Of a stretch of DNA of 64,000 bases, positions 1 through 13,159 are shown one piece after another. The translations under genes and the position numbers were made by a program. The stretch is from Raja brachyura (Eukaryota). The notes under the pieces were generated by a model, which was given only the letters and a program-made list of their open reading frames with translations, ran no database searches and was not told where the DNA came from. The stretch is taken from positions 24,676,001 through 24,740,000 of the forward strand of contig OY740789.1 of assembly GCA_963514005.1 (NCBI GenBank), in the 5' to 3' direction. Each line of letters begins with the position of its first letter. Positions within the stretch are counted from its first letter, which is position 1.

Positions 1-205
1 TCCCAAGTCCCACTGCCGATTTCTGGATTTGCTCCCCATTTAGAAAATAATCCATGCCTTTATTCCTACTACCAAAATGCATGACTCCACACTTTGCTGC
101 ACTATTTTCCATCTGCCAACTTGTCTGCCCACTCTCCCAAGTCCTTCTATCCAAGTCCTTCTGCACAGTCCCTGATTTCTCGACACTACCTGCCCCTCCA
201 CCTAG
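1..205 (-). mobile_element. CR1 RT fragment
   Basis: Antisense encodes W.DKWQME...KCGVMHFGSRNK. Confidence 0.8.
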
Positions 206-684
206 TTTCCTAGCAGGGATGTCAGTAAACGAGGGACTATAGTAAATTAATTGATAGAAAAATTAAAGGAATGCTGAGGAAAAAGATTTTGCCCAGTGAA
301 TGGTGGGACACAGACAGATTTCACTATGCTAAACAGTGGTAGAAACAGAAGCCCTTGCCATATTTTAAAAATCCTTAACCTGTGATCAAGATGATGAGAC
401 TGTGGGATTAACCTGGAGTCTATTTTAAATGATCTATAATTTATGTTTTTGACTGTTGCCTGAATATATGTGCCCGTGATGCTGCTTGCATCTTGCTGCA
501 AGCAAGATTTTCATTATACCTATATCTCACTTGTTTATTGTGCATATGACAATAAATTCAACTTGTCATGATTCTGTGATCATATAGGATGGCATGGCTA
601 GCACTGTTAAAAAAGCTTTAAGAGCTAATCTGAGTATTTTTAAGAACCTGAAGCCGCTCTGCAGAAGATATAGAAACACCTTTA

Positions 685-1280
685 GTATAAAAGTTGGGAG
701 GTCATGTTGCAGATTTTTAAGACATTGGTGAGAACGCATTTAGAGTATTGTGTTCAGTTCTGGCACCATGTTATAGGAAAAATATTGTCAATCTTGAAAG
801 GGTTTAGAGAAGATTTACAAGGATGTTGCCAGAACTAGAGGGCCTGAGCTATAGGGAGAGTTTGAGTAGGTTGGGTCTCTATTCCTTGGAGTACAGGAGG
901 ATGAGGGGTGATCTTATAGAGGTGTATAAAATCATGAGAGGAATAAATCAGGTAGATGCACAGAATCTCATGCCTAAAGTAGGGTAATCGAGGACCAGAG
1001 GACATTCAAGGCAAAGGAGAAAAGATTTAATAGGAATCTGAAGGGTAACCTTTTCACACAAAGGGTGGTGGGTGTATGGAACAAGCTGCCAGAGGAGGTA
1101 GTTGAGGCTGGGTCTATCCCAACGTTTAATAAACAGTTAGACAGGTACATGAATAGGACAAGTTTGGAGGGTTATGGACCAAATGCAGGCAGATGGGACT
1201 AGTTTAGCTGGGACATGTTGGCTGGTGTGGGCAAGTTGGGCCAAAGGGCCTGTTTCCACACTGTATCGCTATGACTCAAT
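685..1280 (+). mobile_element. CR1/HER1-type LINE 3' end
   Basis: LEYCVQFW, R.RGDLIEVYKIMRGI, 3' end gggcctgtttccacactgta..ctatgact. Confidence 0.88.
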
Positions 1281-2009
1281 GACCTTCCAAGTCATTGCAG
1301 ATAAAAGATGAACATGGCATTCTTATTTGTGACTTCCAATCACTCTTATTTCCTATTTTTTCGTCTAGGATTTGTATGATGAATTCGATACTGAATGCAC
1401 ATTCATGGTGCCTGAAGACTAGAAGTTAAAGATACTCTGGACAAGCCAAGACGAGTTTTCTGATCTTCCAAATGCAGCATGTCAGGAGTTAGTACAAACC
1501 CAGGCCAGTGGCAAACCAACCTGAAAATTTTGAATCACGGAACAAGCTGATTACAATTTAATGATATCATGTTTGAAGTTAAAGAAACTCTGGGTCCTGT
1601 TTAATTCACATTCACAATAATGAAATGTAGGAGGACAGGAGTTTTAAAAATGAATAATTTTAGAAGAAGCAGTTTTTTTAAAATCTGCACTATGCCAATA
1701 TTCTAAACATCTGTCAGTGATGGCAGCTTTGCCTCACTTTCCAAGAAATCGTCTGCTATCTGTACACTCTCATTTTCTACTAGATCGAGTGGGCATTGAC
1801 ACCATCTCCCACACATCAACAAATACTTAATTATATGTAACAATTTAAGCAAGTAACATAATTTGAAAGGGGAAATGGTGCAACAGCCTAATTGGCTTTC
1901 ATGGCCATTCATTTACAATTATGGAAATTTCCTTCTTAATCAGTATTTATCAATTATTTACCTTATTTTAACAATGTAGAATCTGTCAATTCCTTGACAA
2001 TCTGAGGTA

Positions 2010-3415
2010 CAGTGCATTCAGAAAGTATTCAGACCCCTTCACTTTTGCCACATTTTGTTATGTTACAGCCTTACTTTAAAATTGATTAAATTCATTTTTT
2101 TAAATCATCAACCTACACACAATACCCCAGAATGAAGAAGTGAAAACAGGTGTTTAGAAATGTTTGCAAAATCATTAAAAAGGAATAACTGAATTATCAC
2201 ATATACATAAGTATTCAGACCCTTTCCTACGACACTCAAAATTGACCTTAGGTTCATCCTGTTTCAATTGATTATCCTTGAGATGTTTCTGCAACTTGAT
2301 TGGAGTCCACCAGTGGTAAATTGATTGGACGTGATTTGGAAAGGCACACACCTGTTTATATAAGGTCACACAGTTGACAGTGCATGTCAGAGCAAAAACT
2401 AAGCCATGAAGAAATTGTCCGTAGACCTCCGAAACAGGATTGGGTCGAGACACAGATCTGGAAAAGGGTATAAAACAATTTCTGCAGCATTGCAGGTCCC
2501 GAAGAGCACAGTCACCTCCATCTTTCTTAGTTCCAAAGAACTTTGGAACCTCCACGACCCTTCATAGAGCATGCCGCCTGGCCAAACTGAGAAATCGGGG
2601 GAGAAGGGCCTTGGTCTGGGAGATGACCAAGAACCTGAAGGTCACCCAGAGGGAGTTCCATAGTTCCTCTGTGGCAATGGGAGAACCTTCCAGAAGGACA
2701 ACTATATCTGCAGCACTCCACCGATCAGGCCTTTATGGTAGAGTGGCCAGATGGAAGCCACTCCTCAGTAAAAGGCACATGACAGCCCGCAGAGTTTGCC
2801 AAAAGGCATGAGAAACAAGATTATCTGGTCTGATGAAACCAAGATTGGCCTGAATGCCAAGAATCACATCTGGAGGAAACTAGGCATCGCCAAATCCCCT
2901 GGCCAATGCCATATCTATGGTAAAGCATGGTGGCGGCATGCTGTGGGGATGTTTTTCAGCGGCAGGAACTGGGAGACTAGTCAGGATCGAGGGAAAGATG
3001 AATGGAGCAAAGTACAGAGAGATCCTTGATGAAAACCTGCTCCATAGTGTTCTGACCTCAGACTGGGGCGGAGGACAGAACACTATGTCACGAAGCCACT
3101 CCTGCGTTGTCTTAGCTGTGTGCTTAGGGTTGTTGTCCTGTTCACCTTTCAACAGGACAACAACCCTAAGCACACAGCTAAGACAACGCAGGAGTGGCTT
3201 CGTGACATGTCTGTGGATGTCCTTGAGTGGCCCAGCCAAAGCCCAGACTTGAACCCGATCGAACATCTTTGGAGGGACGTGAAAGTAGCTGTGCATCATG
3301 CTCCCCATCCAACCTGTCAGAGCTTGAAAGTCTCTGCAGAGATGATTTTAGAATGAGGCTGTAACGTAACAAAATGTGGAAAAATAATGGGGCTGAATAT
3401 TTTCTGAATGCACTA
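2010..3415 (+). mobile_element. Tc1 DNA transposon (IR/DR type), defective
   Basis: TA|cagtgcattcagaaagtattcagacccc ... ctgaatattttctgaatgcacta|TA; inner DR aagtattcagaccc at ~2210; right TIR internally deleted. Confidence 0.93.
2406..3345 (+). pseudogene. Tc1 DD34E transposase pseudogene
   Basis: WSDETK, VKHGGG.M.WGCF, QDNNPKH...[15 protein letters not shown] (34 residues between D and E) spread over several frames. Confidence 0.92.
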
Positions 3416-4130
3416 TATCCCATCAATCCCATTCTGATGTTCCTGTGATCCTCTTTTATCCTCTCACATCCCCATCTATTCCTCTTTGATTCTTTTTACC
3501 ATTTACCTGAACTACTATAATTTGAGATGTGGGAAAACGCAGAGCATGGAGAAATGTAGGCTCCACATGGACACCTCGAGGTCAGGATACAATCTTGGTC
3601 CCTGGAGATGAAGCCCAGGGTGCAAAAACTGTTTTGATGTTAGTTTAGGATTAAAAGAGCAAGCACAGCATTCAGGGAGAGATTTCAAAGATTTACAACT
3701 CTCTGCACAGAGGTTCATCAACTCAGCTCAAATGGCCAACATCTTCGCCTCAGACAATGACCCTAGTTCCATATTCCCCAGATTGAGGAATAAACCATTC
3801 GACATTGACCTCTGCTAATTTATCTTAGAATTAAAATGATCACCTTTCATTCTTTTAAACTTCTACCAGTTTATATCAAATCTCCTGTCTTTTCCCCTAT
3901 GATTTCTGATCATAACAATCAATTTGGCTGCACTGACAGTGAAGACACACGTCATTCCTCAAGTTCAGAGACCAAAAACTACACACAGTACTCCAAATGT
4001 ACTCACCCAAGGCCTGCACAATCTTAGCGAGATTTTTAAAACATTTTCCACTACATTTCCTTTACTTTGGAGAGTGACAAATAATTTAAAACAAGATTAA
4101 TGACTTGACTTGTTAATCTATTGAAAGCTC

Positions 4131-4324
4131 AAAGATAGACACAAAATGGAGTAACTCAGCGGGACAGGCAGCACCTCTGGAGAGCAGGAATAGGTGACGT
4201 TTCAAGTCGAGACCCTTCTTCGGACCCGAAATGTCACCTATTCCTTCCCGCTGAGTTACTCCAGCATTCTGTGTCTATCTTCAACTATCTTCAATAGCAA
4301 CTGCAATTCCTTCCTACACATCTT
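4131..4324. mobile_element. Palindromic Penelope-end dimer with 10-bp TSD
   Basis: gagtaactcagcggga...ggtgacgtttc / gaaatgtcacc...tcccgctgagttactcc; TSD ttgaaagctc at 4121-4130 and 4325-4334. Confidence 0.8.
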
Positions 4325-4889
4325 TTGAAAGCTCTTTTTCCAAATGATTTGTAACCAACTTTGAACAAATTGTAGCCAGTACAAAATAACGGACATGCCA
4401 CGGTGAATGAAAATCTAAAAATTGCAGATGCTGGAAATATGAAATAAAAATTAAAAAATGCTGGAAACTCTCAGTATCTTCAACTTGAACCATCAACTCT
4501 TTTTCTCTTCACGGATACTGTCTGATTTACTGGATGTTTGCAGCATTTTCTGTTTTATAAGATGAAATGATACCATCTTTAAAATTGTGAAACTGGATGT
4601 GAATTTCTGTTTAAAACTATCTGATGCCTTTGGCCATTACTCATGGTGCTGGTGCTTAGGTTTAATCATTTAATTGAAGGAATGATCAATGATCTTCGCA
4701 TGTGACGTGATAGTTAGATTGGTGGGTATATTGATCTTTCGCTATCCTGAGGTTCAGTAGATTAATTCAATAACCAAGGATTTTCAGCTGCAATCAAGAT
4801 CTGTGGTTCTTGCTGCACTAGTTCATATCCTTCAGGCTCGTTCAATAAAAACCATGGAACAAATTGATTTCAGTGCGCAGAATGATGGA

Positions 4890-5281
4890 AACCAAAGATC
4901 CTGTAGCAAGCAAGATAGATCACGACGAAAAAGACGTAGTATGGTCATGGGCAGATTCATGGGTAATTTTCGGCCCCATTTCCGTAACCGGCTTCCGTCT
5001 CCGCACCAAAGATCCCATAGCGGAGTAAAGATACTAGTGCGGAGATGGAAGCCGGTTACGGAAACATTCTCGTAAAAAGAAAAGTTATTTGGTAGAAATC
5101 TTCTCCTCATTTTCAGAATTATAATTTATTAACACAAACTGTTCCCCCGCAACGTTGATTATACTGCGAGCCGGGTCGGGGTACTGAAATGGATGTAAAA
5201 AAGGCCCACGTTCCGCTCCGTTGCGTACTACTCGTCAGCCCATTGCATTTAGCAGGAGTGGTCTACCTTGCTCCGCTATAT
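4890..5281. repeat. Unclassified CpG-rich repeat with 28-bp hairpin
   Basis: Arms 4979-5006 / 5037-5064; right end resembles 33858-33915. Confidence 0.55.
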
Positions 5282-5404
5282 CAGAAGCAAAATAATACCA
5301 GAGAAATTGTACCGAGCAAGGAGTTAAAGAAAAAGGATTGGGATGAGAAGCGAAACATTGGCATGCTGAAGAATATAAATTTGATATGGAAATAATTCAA
5401 ATTA

Positions 5405-5740
5405 CATACAACATAGAACAGCACAGAAACAAGTCCTTGGGCCCACAATGTCCTTGCTGAACATGATGCCAAGTTACATTAATTTATTTGCTTGACCTGA
5501 TCCATATCCTTCCATTTCCTACATATCTAAAGTCTCTTAAATGTTACTACTGTACATGTTTTCACCCACATACCTGGCAGTGCATTCTTGGCACCCATCA
5601 TTCTCCAAATCAAAACCTCACCCTGCACATCTTCTTTAAACCTCCCCCCTCTGACCTTAAAGCTATGCCCTCTATCGTTTGACATTTCTACCTTTGGAAA
5701 AGGGAAATAACATTCTTCCATATCTATGCCTCCCATAGAA
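5405..5740 (-). mobile_element. CR1 3' fragment
   Basis: catagaacag..cagaaacaag tail; antisense RGHSFKVRGGRFK. Confidence 0.75.
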
Positions 5741-5756
5741 CATAGAACAGTGTGTT

Positions 5757-6078
5757 CTCCTCCCTCAACTCGGTAACAGTCCTTTCAGATGAGGCAGAGG
5801 TTCACTTGCACCTCCTCCAACGTCATTTACTGCATCCGTTGTTCAAGATGTGGACTCTTATACATCGGCGAGACCAAACGTAAACCGGGCGAACGTTTCG
5901 CTGAACACCTTTGCTCAGTCTGCCTGAACGTACCTGATCTCCCGGTTGCTAAACACTTTAATTCCCCTTCCCACACCGACCTTTCTGTCCTGGGCCTCCT
6001 CCATTGTCACAGTGAGGCTAAACGCAAATTGAGGAACAGCAGCTTACAACCCAGGGGTTAATATTGATTTATTTAACT
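5757..6078 (+). mobile_element. Penelope-like element GIY-YIG endonuclease fragment
   Basis: RQRFTCTSSNVIYCIRCSRCGLLYIGETKR..ERFAEHL. Confidence 0.9.
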
Positions 6079-6597
6079 AGTAGTTCAACAGGCAAAAGGT
6101 ACAAAAGTGGGAAAAGGCACACCACCAGATTCAGCGATAGTTTCTTTCCAACTGTTATCATCCTACACAACTACATAGTAGATGCCGAACTACTATCTAT
6201 CACTTTGATGACCCTCGGACTATCCTTGGACTTTACCTTGTATAAAACATTTTTCCCTTATCATGTATCTACACACTATAAATGGATCGATTGTAATCAT
6301 TTATTGTCTTTCTGCTGACTGGTTAGCATGCAATAAAAGCTTTTCACTGTACCTCGGTACACGTGACAATAAACTAAACTGAAACCCTCTTGCATCTTCA
6401 CTCACATCAATAGGAGATAAAACATTCTTTCCCATCTTCCCATTACCTGGATGGTCCTGGCATCAGAAGGATCCAAAATGTTATCTCTACCTTGTCCCAT
6501 TATCTATTGTACAGTAGATCTCCAGTGCATATGCGGCCTGGAAATATAAACATTCAAAACTTCATGAAGCAAGCAATTCTTCAGAAAATGTACATAT

Positions 6598-6950
6598 GTT
6601 CATAATAAGTTATAGGAGCAAAATTAGGTCATTTGGCCCATTGAGCCTACCCCACCATTCAATTATGACTGTTTTATCTTCTCCTCTCAACCACATCTCC
6701 TGTCTTCGTGTAACCTTAAACACCCTTACTAATCAGGAACCTATCAATCTCCACTTTAAAACACCCAAAGACTTGGCTTCCACAGCTGTCTGTGGCAATG
6801 AATTACACAGATTCACCACCCTGTGGCTAAAGAAATTCCTCCTAATTTCCTTTCTAAAGATGTGTCCTGTTATTCAGAAGGCTGTGTCTTCTAGTCCTAG
6901 ACTCTCCCACTAGTGGAATCAACCTCTCCACATCTGCTCTGTCTAGGCTG
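6598..6950 (-). mobile_element. CR1 3' fragment
   Basis: Antisense CR1 3' region (gaattacacagattcaccaccctg). Confidence 0.78.
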
Positions 6951-8373
6951 TTAACACAGTCTGGAGTAAAATAAATGTTTTCAAAAAATTGTATACATTT
7001 CCTTAGAAGTTCTCTACTTGTAAAACAATATCTAAAATCTACAGCAGATGATTATAAACACCACTGGCCCATAGGCTGAATTTACTAATAATGGAGTCAA
7101 GGTCCTGCAGCACTGTGCATTTCTAATTCTTCATTAGCAAGTATTACCATACTGACAAGATTTATGGGAAGGACACTTATAATAAAACTTTTTTCTCAGC
7201 TGACACCAGAGTAAGGATTTATTGCCACTGGTCCAATTTGATTTGAAAAATGTATTACAACCTCTTAAATAAATTAATTTATATACTTCAATATGCCATT
7301 GGGGCAAAATATTTCAGTAGAAACAACAATATTGATTTATTTCAAGCATTTGATTCTGTTAACTAACTTCAGGAACTTGCAACAATTCAGCAAAGGTTAT
7401 GCAAACATGTTTTTTCTTGCCCATTCCTTCCCCCCTTGCCCCCCCCCCCCCCCCCCCCACCACTCCCGCGAGGCTCATAGTAGGTATGTGGTCACTATCA
7501 AAATATTTTAAGTGAGGATACAGGAACGAGTATTGAGGGGTGTCTATTCGAACGTTGTTCTAAAATGCTGCAACTCCTGGAGGAAAGATAAATATTTTGC
7601 ATTTGCCTAGATTTGTTGCTGCACTGACATCCATTCATTCGCATTATCATGCAGTGAGACACAATGAGGCCATGTGGTCTATCACACATGACAGTTCTCT
7701 GATAAAGTATCCTCTAAGTTGCACACTTACGTTTTTCCCTTTGACTTTTCAAGTTTATATCTAATTACCTCTGAAAGATATATTGAAGATGCTTCCTACA
7801 TCAACACAGGTAATATGATCGAAACTGTAAATAATATCATTAATCACTCTTTAGACTTTAGTAACATTTCTTAAATCTGTCCCCTCCTTTCACTCTCCTT
7901 CCTCCCAGTAGAAACAGTTTCTCCTTGTTACAATAATGAAAATTTTATTTTTGTATTTGCCCTTTAACCATATCTGTTATAAAAGAAACATCCAAGATCT
8001 CTCATCTCTCTGAGAAGAAAGTAAACAGCCATCAGAACCTTGTACTTATCGTTCAACTAGTAGGTCTCGTCATATCACAGTCAACCGTGTGTTATGCATA
8101 ATCTTGAATTGGCACAGATTACTGCACAGTGCTAACGTATGAATTTCAAAGTATATTGATGTAATATGTTTATGAATAAACTGGTCTGATATAATAAAGC
8201 GCTGATCGAGGTTGAAACATTTCACCATGCAGGGACCAAGTGCAATAAATGTTACCCCAAGCCACTCTTTGCCACCTCATGGTTATTGATTATTAGTAGA
8301 AGGTCACAAGTCTAGAACCAAAACCCATTTATACTTACCTTCGATGTGAAAGTTGCATGGAAGAAATCACTAG

Positions 8374-8680
8374 GGAGACACGGTTGCGTAGCAGTAGAGC
8401 TACTACCTTACAGCGCTAGAGATCCGGGTTCGATCCCGACCACGGTTGCTTGTCTGTAATGAGTTTGTACGTTCTCCCCGTGACCTGTGTGGGTTTACTA
8501 CAAATCTTCAGTTTCCTCCCACACTTTAAAGACGTACAGAGTTGTAGGTTAATTGACTTGATATAAATGTAAAATTTACCCTACACACACTAGGGACATG
8601 TTAATAAGCAAGAATCGCTGGTCAGTGTGGACTCGGTGGACCGAAGAGCCTGTTTCCGCACTGTAGCTCTAAACTAAACT
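8374..8680 (+). mobile_element. HE1-like tRNA-derived SINE
   Basis: A-box-like acggttgcgtagcagtag, B box ggttcgatccc (8427-8437), CR1-type 3' end, (CTAAA)n tail. Confidence 0.85.
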
Positions 8681-10384
8681 TCTGCGTACTTTACATTGGG
8701 AAATTGACCCAGGCACTTTCCATGTGCAGTTCACCTTGATCATCCTGCACTTCTCCATAGCTGTGGGCCAATCTCTCCCAGAGAGTCAATCAGGCGAGAT
8801 GATAACCTTCTTAGAACCCTGACATACAGAATACCCGAAAGTTACCCCTTTCCCAGGTATTTTGTATACCTTCATTGCAGTCTTTTCTGACCCATGTATA
8901 CTTTAAATAGTGCCTCAGTCGAGTTGAGGTTACTACCATATGCACAATTATGGTGAGATAAATGTACAATGAAATGCTTGCTTGCGCAGCATCACAGGTA
9001 TAGAAACTCAGACAACACTAAACAAATTATACATAAGACAGTTACAAGAAAAAAGACAATGTGTAAAACAAGACATTATTGCAACACACAATTATAAACA
9101 AGTTCATGGCAATGTAACAGCTGGTCCGTAGACTTCTGTCTTGTTGCAGAGATAAGATTTAGATTGGATCAAGAACCCAATGTTGGAAACAAAGTACCTC
9201 CTGAACCCTGTGATTCATTTGGCAGATACTAGTGTCTAATGGGAACCACTCAAGTCATATTTTAGGATCTGAATGTATGTGCAATAATTTAATCTGGTTT
9301 TAATGGATTTTGCTACATTTCATATTTTCTTTCTAGGCATTTGGTCCCTGTACACCTGATTACCTGAAGATGATGAAACCCAGTTTTTAGATAATTATAT
9401 AATTTTGTCCATGCAGTGTGCTTGGCAAGTGGCATTGCTTTTGGGACATTTTTCTTTAAACTTATGATTTTGTCAGTCATGATTACCCTACATGTTTGTA
9501 TAATTATGCCATTTTATCCCAATTTATTATAATTCATGACCAATAGGGAATTAATTTTGCATTGGGTTTTGAATGTTTGTGCTTTTAGAATTATTGTGAA
9601 CCAGTTAAAAATAAGTAGTTTTTATTGAAACTGAAATGCAAAAAATCATTCATCTTCAGACAAATTCAAAACATTGCAACATACCAGGAAGACATCAAAT
9701 AGGTTGTTCCCACCCTGCCCACAAGGTTCGGAGATAGAGTGTAATTAAATACTGATCAAGAAATGAAAGGTTTAATCTTAGTAAGTGTGTGCCAGTGACA
9801 ACAAGGCTACCCTGAGTATATTTGAATTGGGTTTGTCTGGGTGGGGAAATGTGTAATAAGAAAATCATTTCCGTAAGTGATTAATATCCTGATTTTCTAA
9901 CAGGAATTGGCAAGAAATGTTTGCCCAAGACTTACTGCTCTAGTTTACACTTCAACAATGGCTAGGTATCAAACACAGCTGTACTCTAGCAAATAAATAT
10001 TGAACATGCTTTTTCCACATCAATGATTTTTTATGCAGAGCAGACCACTTTCAAGTGTCTTGTTGGTAAATAAAACAGTCCCTTTCATATAGAGCCTTTA
10101 ATGTAGAAAAGGAATCTTAAAGTACTTTAGAATAATGTTTTAAACAAGTAGTTGAAGCTAAACAGCATATGGACATATTAGCCCTTCCTGATCAGTACTC
10201 AGTTACTCTCTATTTCAGAACCTTATAGAAATGGCAACCTATTTGATGTCTTCCTTTTGCATTTGTTTTAATTAATGTGAAGATTAAGGATCGATTCTGG
10301 TAAAAGCTATTTATTTTTAACTGGTTCACAATAACACAGATAGCTGAAAAGTTCATATTAGGGTGGAGAATGAAAAGCTTAGGC

Positions 10385-10600
10385 AAAGCACAGACTGCTG
10401 GAGGAACTCAGTGGGTCAGGCAACATATGTGGAGGAAATTGGTAAGTGACCTTTCAGGTCGTTACCCTTTTTTTAGACTAAGACATAAGGGTACCTACCC
10501 GAAACATCACCTGTCAATTTCTTTCACAGATGTTGCCTGACCCAAGCTCCTCCAGCGCATTGTGTTGGTCTATATTACAACATCTGTAATTCTTTTAGAG
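10385..10600. mobile_element. Older palindromic Penelope-end dimer
   Basis: ctgctggaggaactcag...gtgacctttcagg / cccgaaacatcacc...ctcctccagc. Confidence 0.65.
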
Positions 10601-11561
10601 TCAATCAAAAACGTGGATAGGTTTTAAGGTGTTTCTTAAAGGAATTAATATAAATAAGGAGGGTGAAGACGTTTAGGAGGGAATTCCAGAGCATCTCAAT
10701 TTGAAATAGATCTCAAAGTATCTCAATTTGAAATAGATAAAGTATAGAACCAGCGTGGGATAATATCACAGCTTTATTTGAAAACCAGAACGGACATTTT
10801 AAAATTCAGTAATTGTTAACCAGTATAAATTCACAAACTTAGAAATGATGGAGACTTCATACAATAAGATGCAGGCAGTAGAACTTTGGGTGACCTCAAG
10901 ATTATAGAGATCAAAATGGGGAAGTCAAGAGCTAATGAAGGCATGAGGGTGGATTTCAGTGACAGGGTGGGGTGTAGTGCTATAGAACAGCTAAGAGAGA
11001 TAGGAGGAACAGGCAGTCTAACAGAGCTGGAAATAGGTATTAATAGGACAATAATATATTCAAACTTCAAGATGTAGTAAAATATTCAGCAGCATGCTTC
11101 ATGTTTGAACACGTTGTATTAATTTGTTCATCTGACCCTCCTTTTCTAAAAGCTTGCATCAAGTCACTGAGTCATTGGACCCAGCAAAACCATATGTGAT
11201 GCAAGATCATTTCAGGGAAGTCACAACTTCAGAAAGTTACTTGAAGTCTGTGAAAGGCAAGAGAATGTTGTAAATGACACATCACCCTTTTGTTGTCTTC
11301 TTGCCAAAAAAAAGTTCAATTCCCTTCCTGCCTGTTGAAATATTACACAATGCTATCTTCATGCGAAATTGGCAGTCAGAATTCATAACTATGACCTTAA
11401 CTAACATAATTAAAGCCCAGATTTTTGAAATGCCTTTGAAGAAGTTTTCAACATTGGGGGATCGAGGTATTTAAAACAAGAGGACATTTATTTAAGGTGA
11501 GAAGATCAAATTTTAATATGAACCTAAAGCAACTATTTCACTCAGAGGGTGGTTGGTAAAT

Positions 11562-12180
11562 AACAATAGACAATAGACAATAGGTGCAGTAGGCCATTCA
11601 GCCCTTCGAGCCAGCACCACCATTCAATGTGATCATGGCTGATCATCCCCAATCAGTACCCCGTTCCTGCCTTCTCCCCATATCCCCTGACTCCGCTATC
11701 TTTAAGAGCCCTATCTAGCTCCCTCTTGAAAGCATCCAGAGAACCTGCCTCCACTGCCCTCTGAGGCAGAGAATTCCACAGACTCACCACTCTCTATGAG
11801 AAAAAGTGTTTCCTCGTCTCCGTTCTAAATGGCTTACTCCTCATGCTTAAACTGTGGCACCTGGTTCTGGACTCCACCCAACATCGGGAACATGTTTCCA
11901 GCATCTAGCATGTCCAAACCCTTAACAATCTTATATATTTCAATGAGATACCCTCTCAGCCTTCTAAACTCCAGAGTGTACAAGCCCAGCTGTTCCATTC
12001 TCTCAGCATATAACAGCTCCGCCATCCTGGGAATTAACCTTGTAAACCTACGCTGTACTCCCTCAATAGCAAGAATGTCTATCCACAAATTAGGGGACCA
12101 AAACTGCACACAATACTCCAGGTGTGGTCTCACTAGGGCTCTGTACAATTGCAGAAGGACCTCTTTGCTCCTATATTCGA
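11562..12180 (-). mobile_element. Young CR1 3' fragment inserted into an older plus-strand CR1 (11430-12260)
   Basis: (ACAATAG)3 tail; EYRSKEVLLQLYRALVRPHLEYCVQFWSP. Confidence 0.9.
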
Positions 12181-12489
12181 AAATGGAATGAGCCTCTAGA
12201 GAACGTAGTTGAGGCAAATACTGTAACAGCATTTAGAAGACATTGGGACAGATACCAGGCTCATAATTTTCTCACCAGCTCGGTAAGAAAATCTATATCC
12301 AAACTACTTCTTGAGCGCAAACTCTTGCCAGAGGGTTTTACACAATGCTAAAGGAGCATTGCACTATCAGATGTACAAAATCTTATATGAAATTTTGGGC
12401 CGTATTGTGCTGGACCCAGTCTGCTTTGTGGACCCGTGGCCTACCAGGAATTGCTATGTCTGGATGTGGGAGGAGGGACGATACATAGA

Positions 12490-12925
12490 AAATGCCTTCT
12501 AAGGCAGAGAATTCCACAGATTCACAACTCTCTGGGTGAAAAAAGTGTTCCTCATCTCAGTCTTAAATGGCCTACCACTTATTCTTAAATGGTGACCCTT
12601 GGTCTGGACTCCCCCAACATTGGGAACATTTTTCCTACATCTAGCCTGTCCAATCCCTTAATAATTTTATATGTTTCTATAAATCCCCTCTCATCCTTCT
12701 AAATTCCAGTGAATACAAGCCCAGTCGACCCATTCTTTCATCATATGTCATAATTCCAGGAATCAAAATGGGGAACCTATGCTGCACTCACTCAATAGCG
12801 AGAATGTCCTTCCTCAAATTAGGAGTCCCAAACTGCACACAATACTCCAGATGCTGTCTCACCAGGGCAATGTACAACTGCAGTAGGACCTCCTTGCTAC
12901 TATACTCATCCTCTCACTATGAACT
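12490..12925 (-). mobile_element. CR1 fragment
   Basis: Same subfamily sequence as 11750-12180. Confidence 0.85.
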
Positions 12926-13159
12926 AGCCCACGACACTATAGAGTAGTCATGACTTGGCATCCCACAAGAGGCTCCAATTCCACAATGGCTTGACACTCT
13001 TTGTGGGCTGGCCAGCTGCATTTGGAACTCTCCAATAGTTATGGATCTTTAAAGAATACTAGACTAATTGGGGCCTGTTGGGTCCCATGGTCACACGGGA
13101 GGGCTGGTCCCCCAACCCAATATTCCCCCTCTCCACCTTTCTGGAGCGCTAGTATGGAC

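Noticed and set aside
8330-8345. atacttacct resembling the U1 snRNA 5' end
   Set aside because: No further U1 similarity; at most a minus-strand splice donor
8374-8445. tRNA gene (also 18084-18155)
   Set aside because: tRNA-like head continues into SINE body and CR1-type tail
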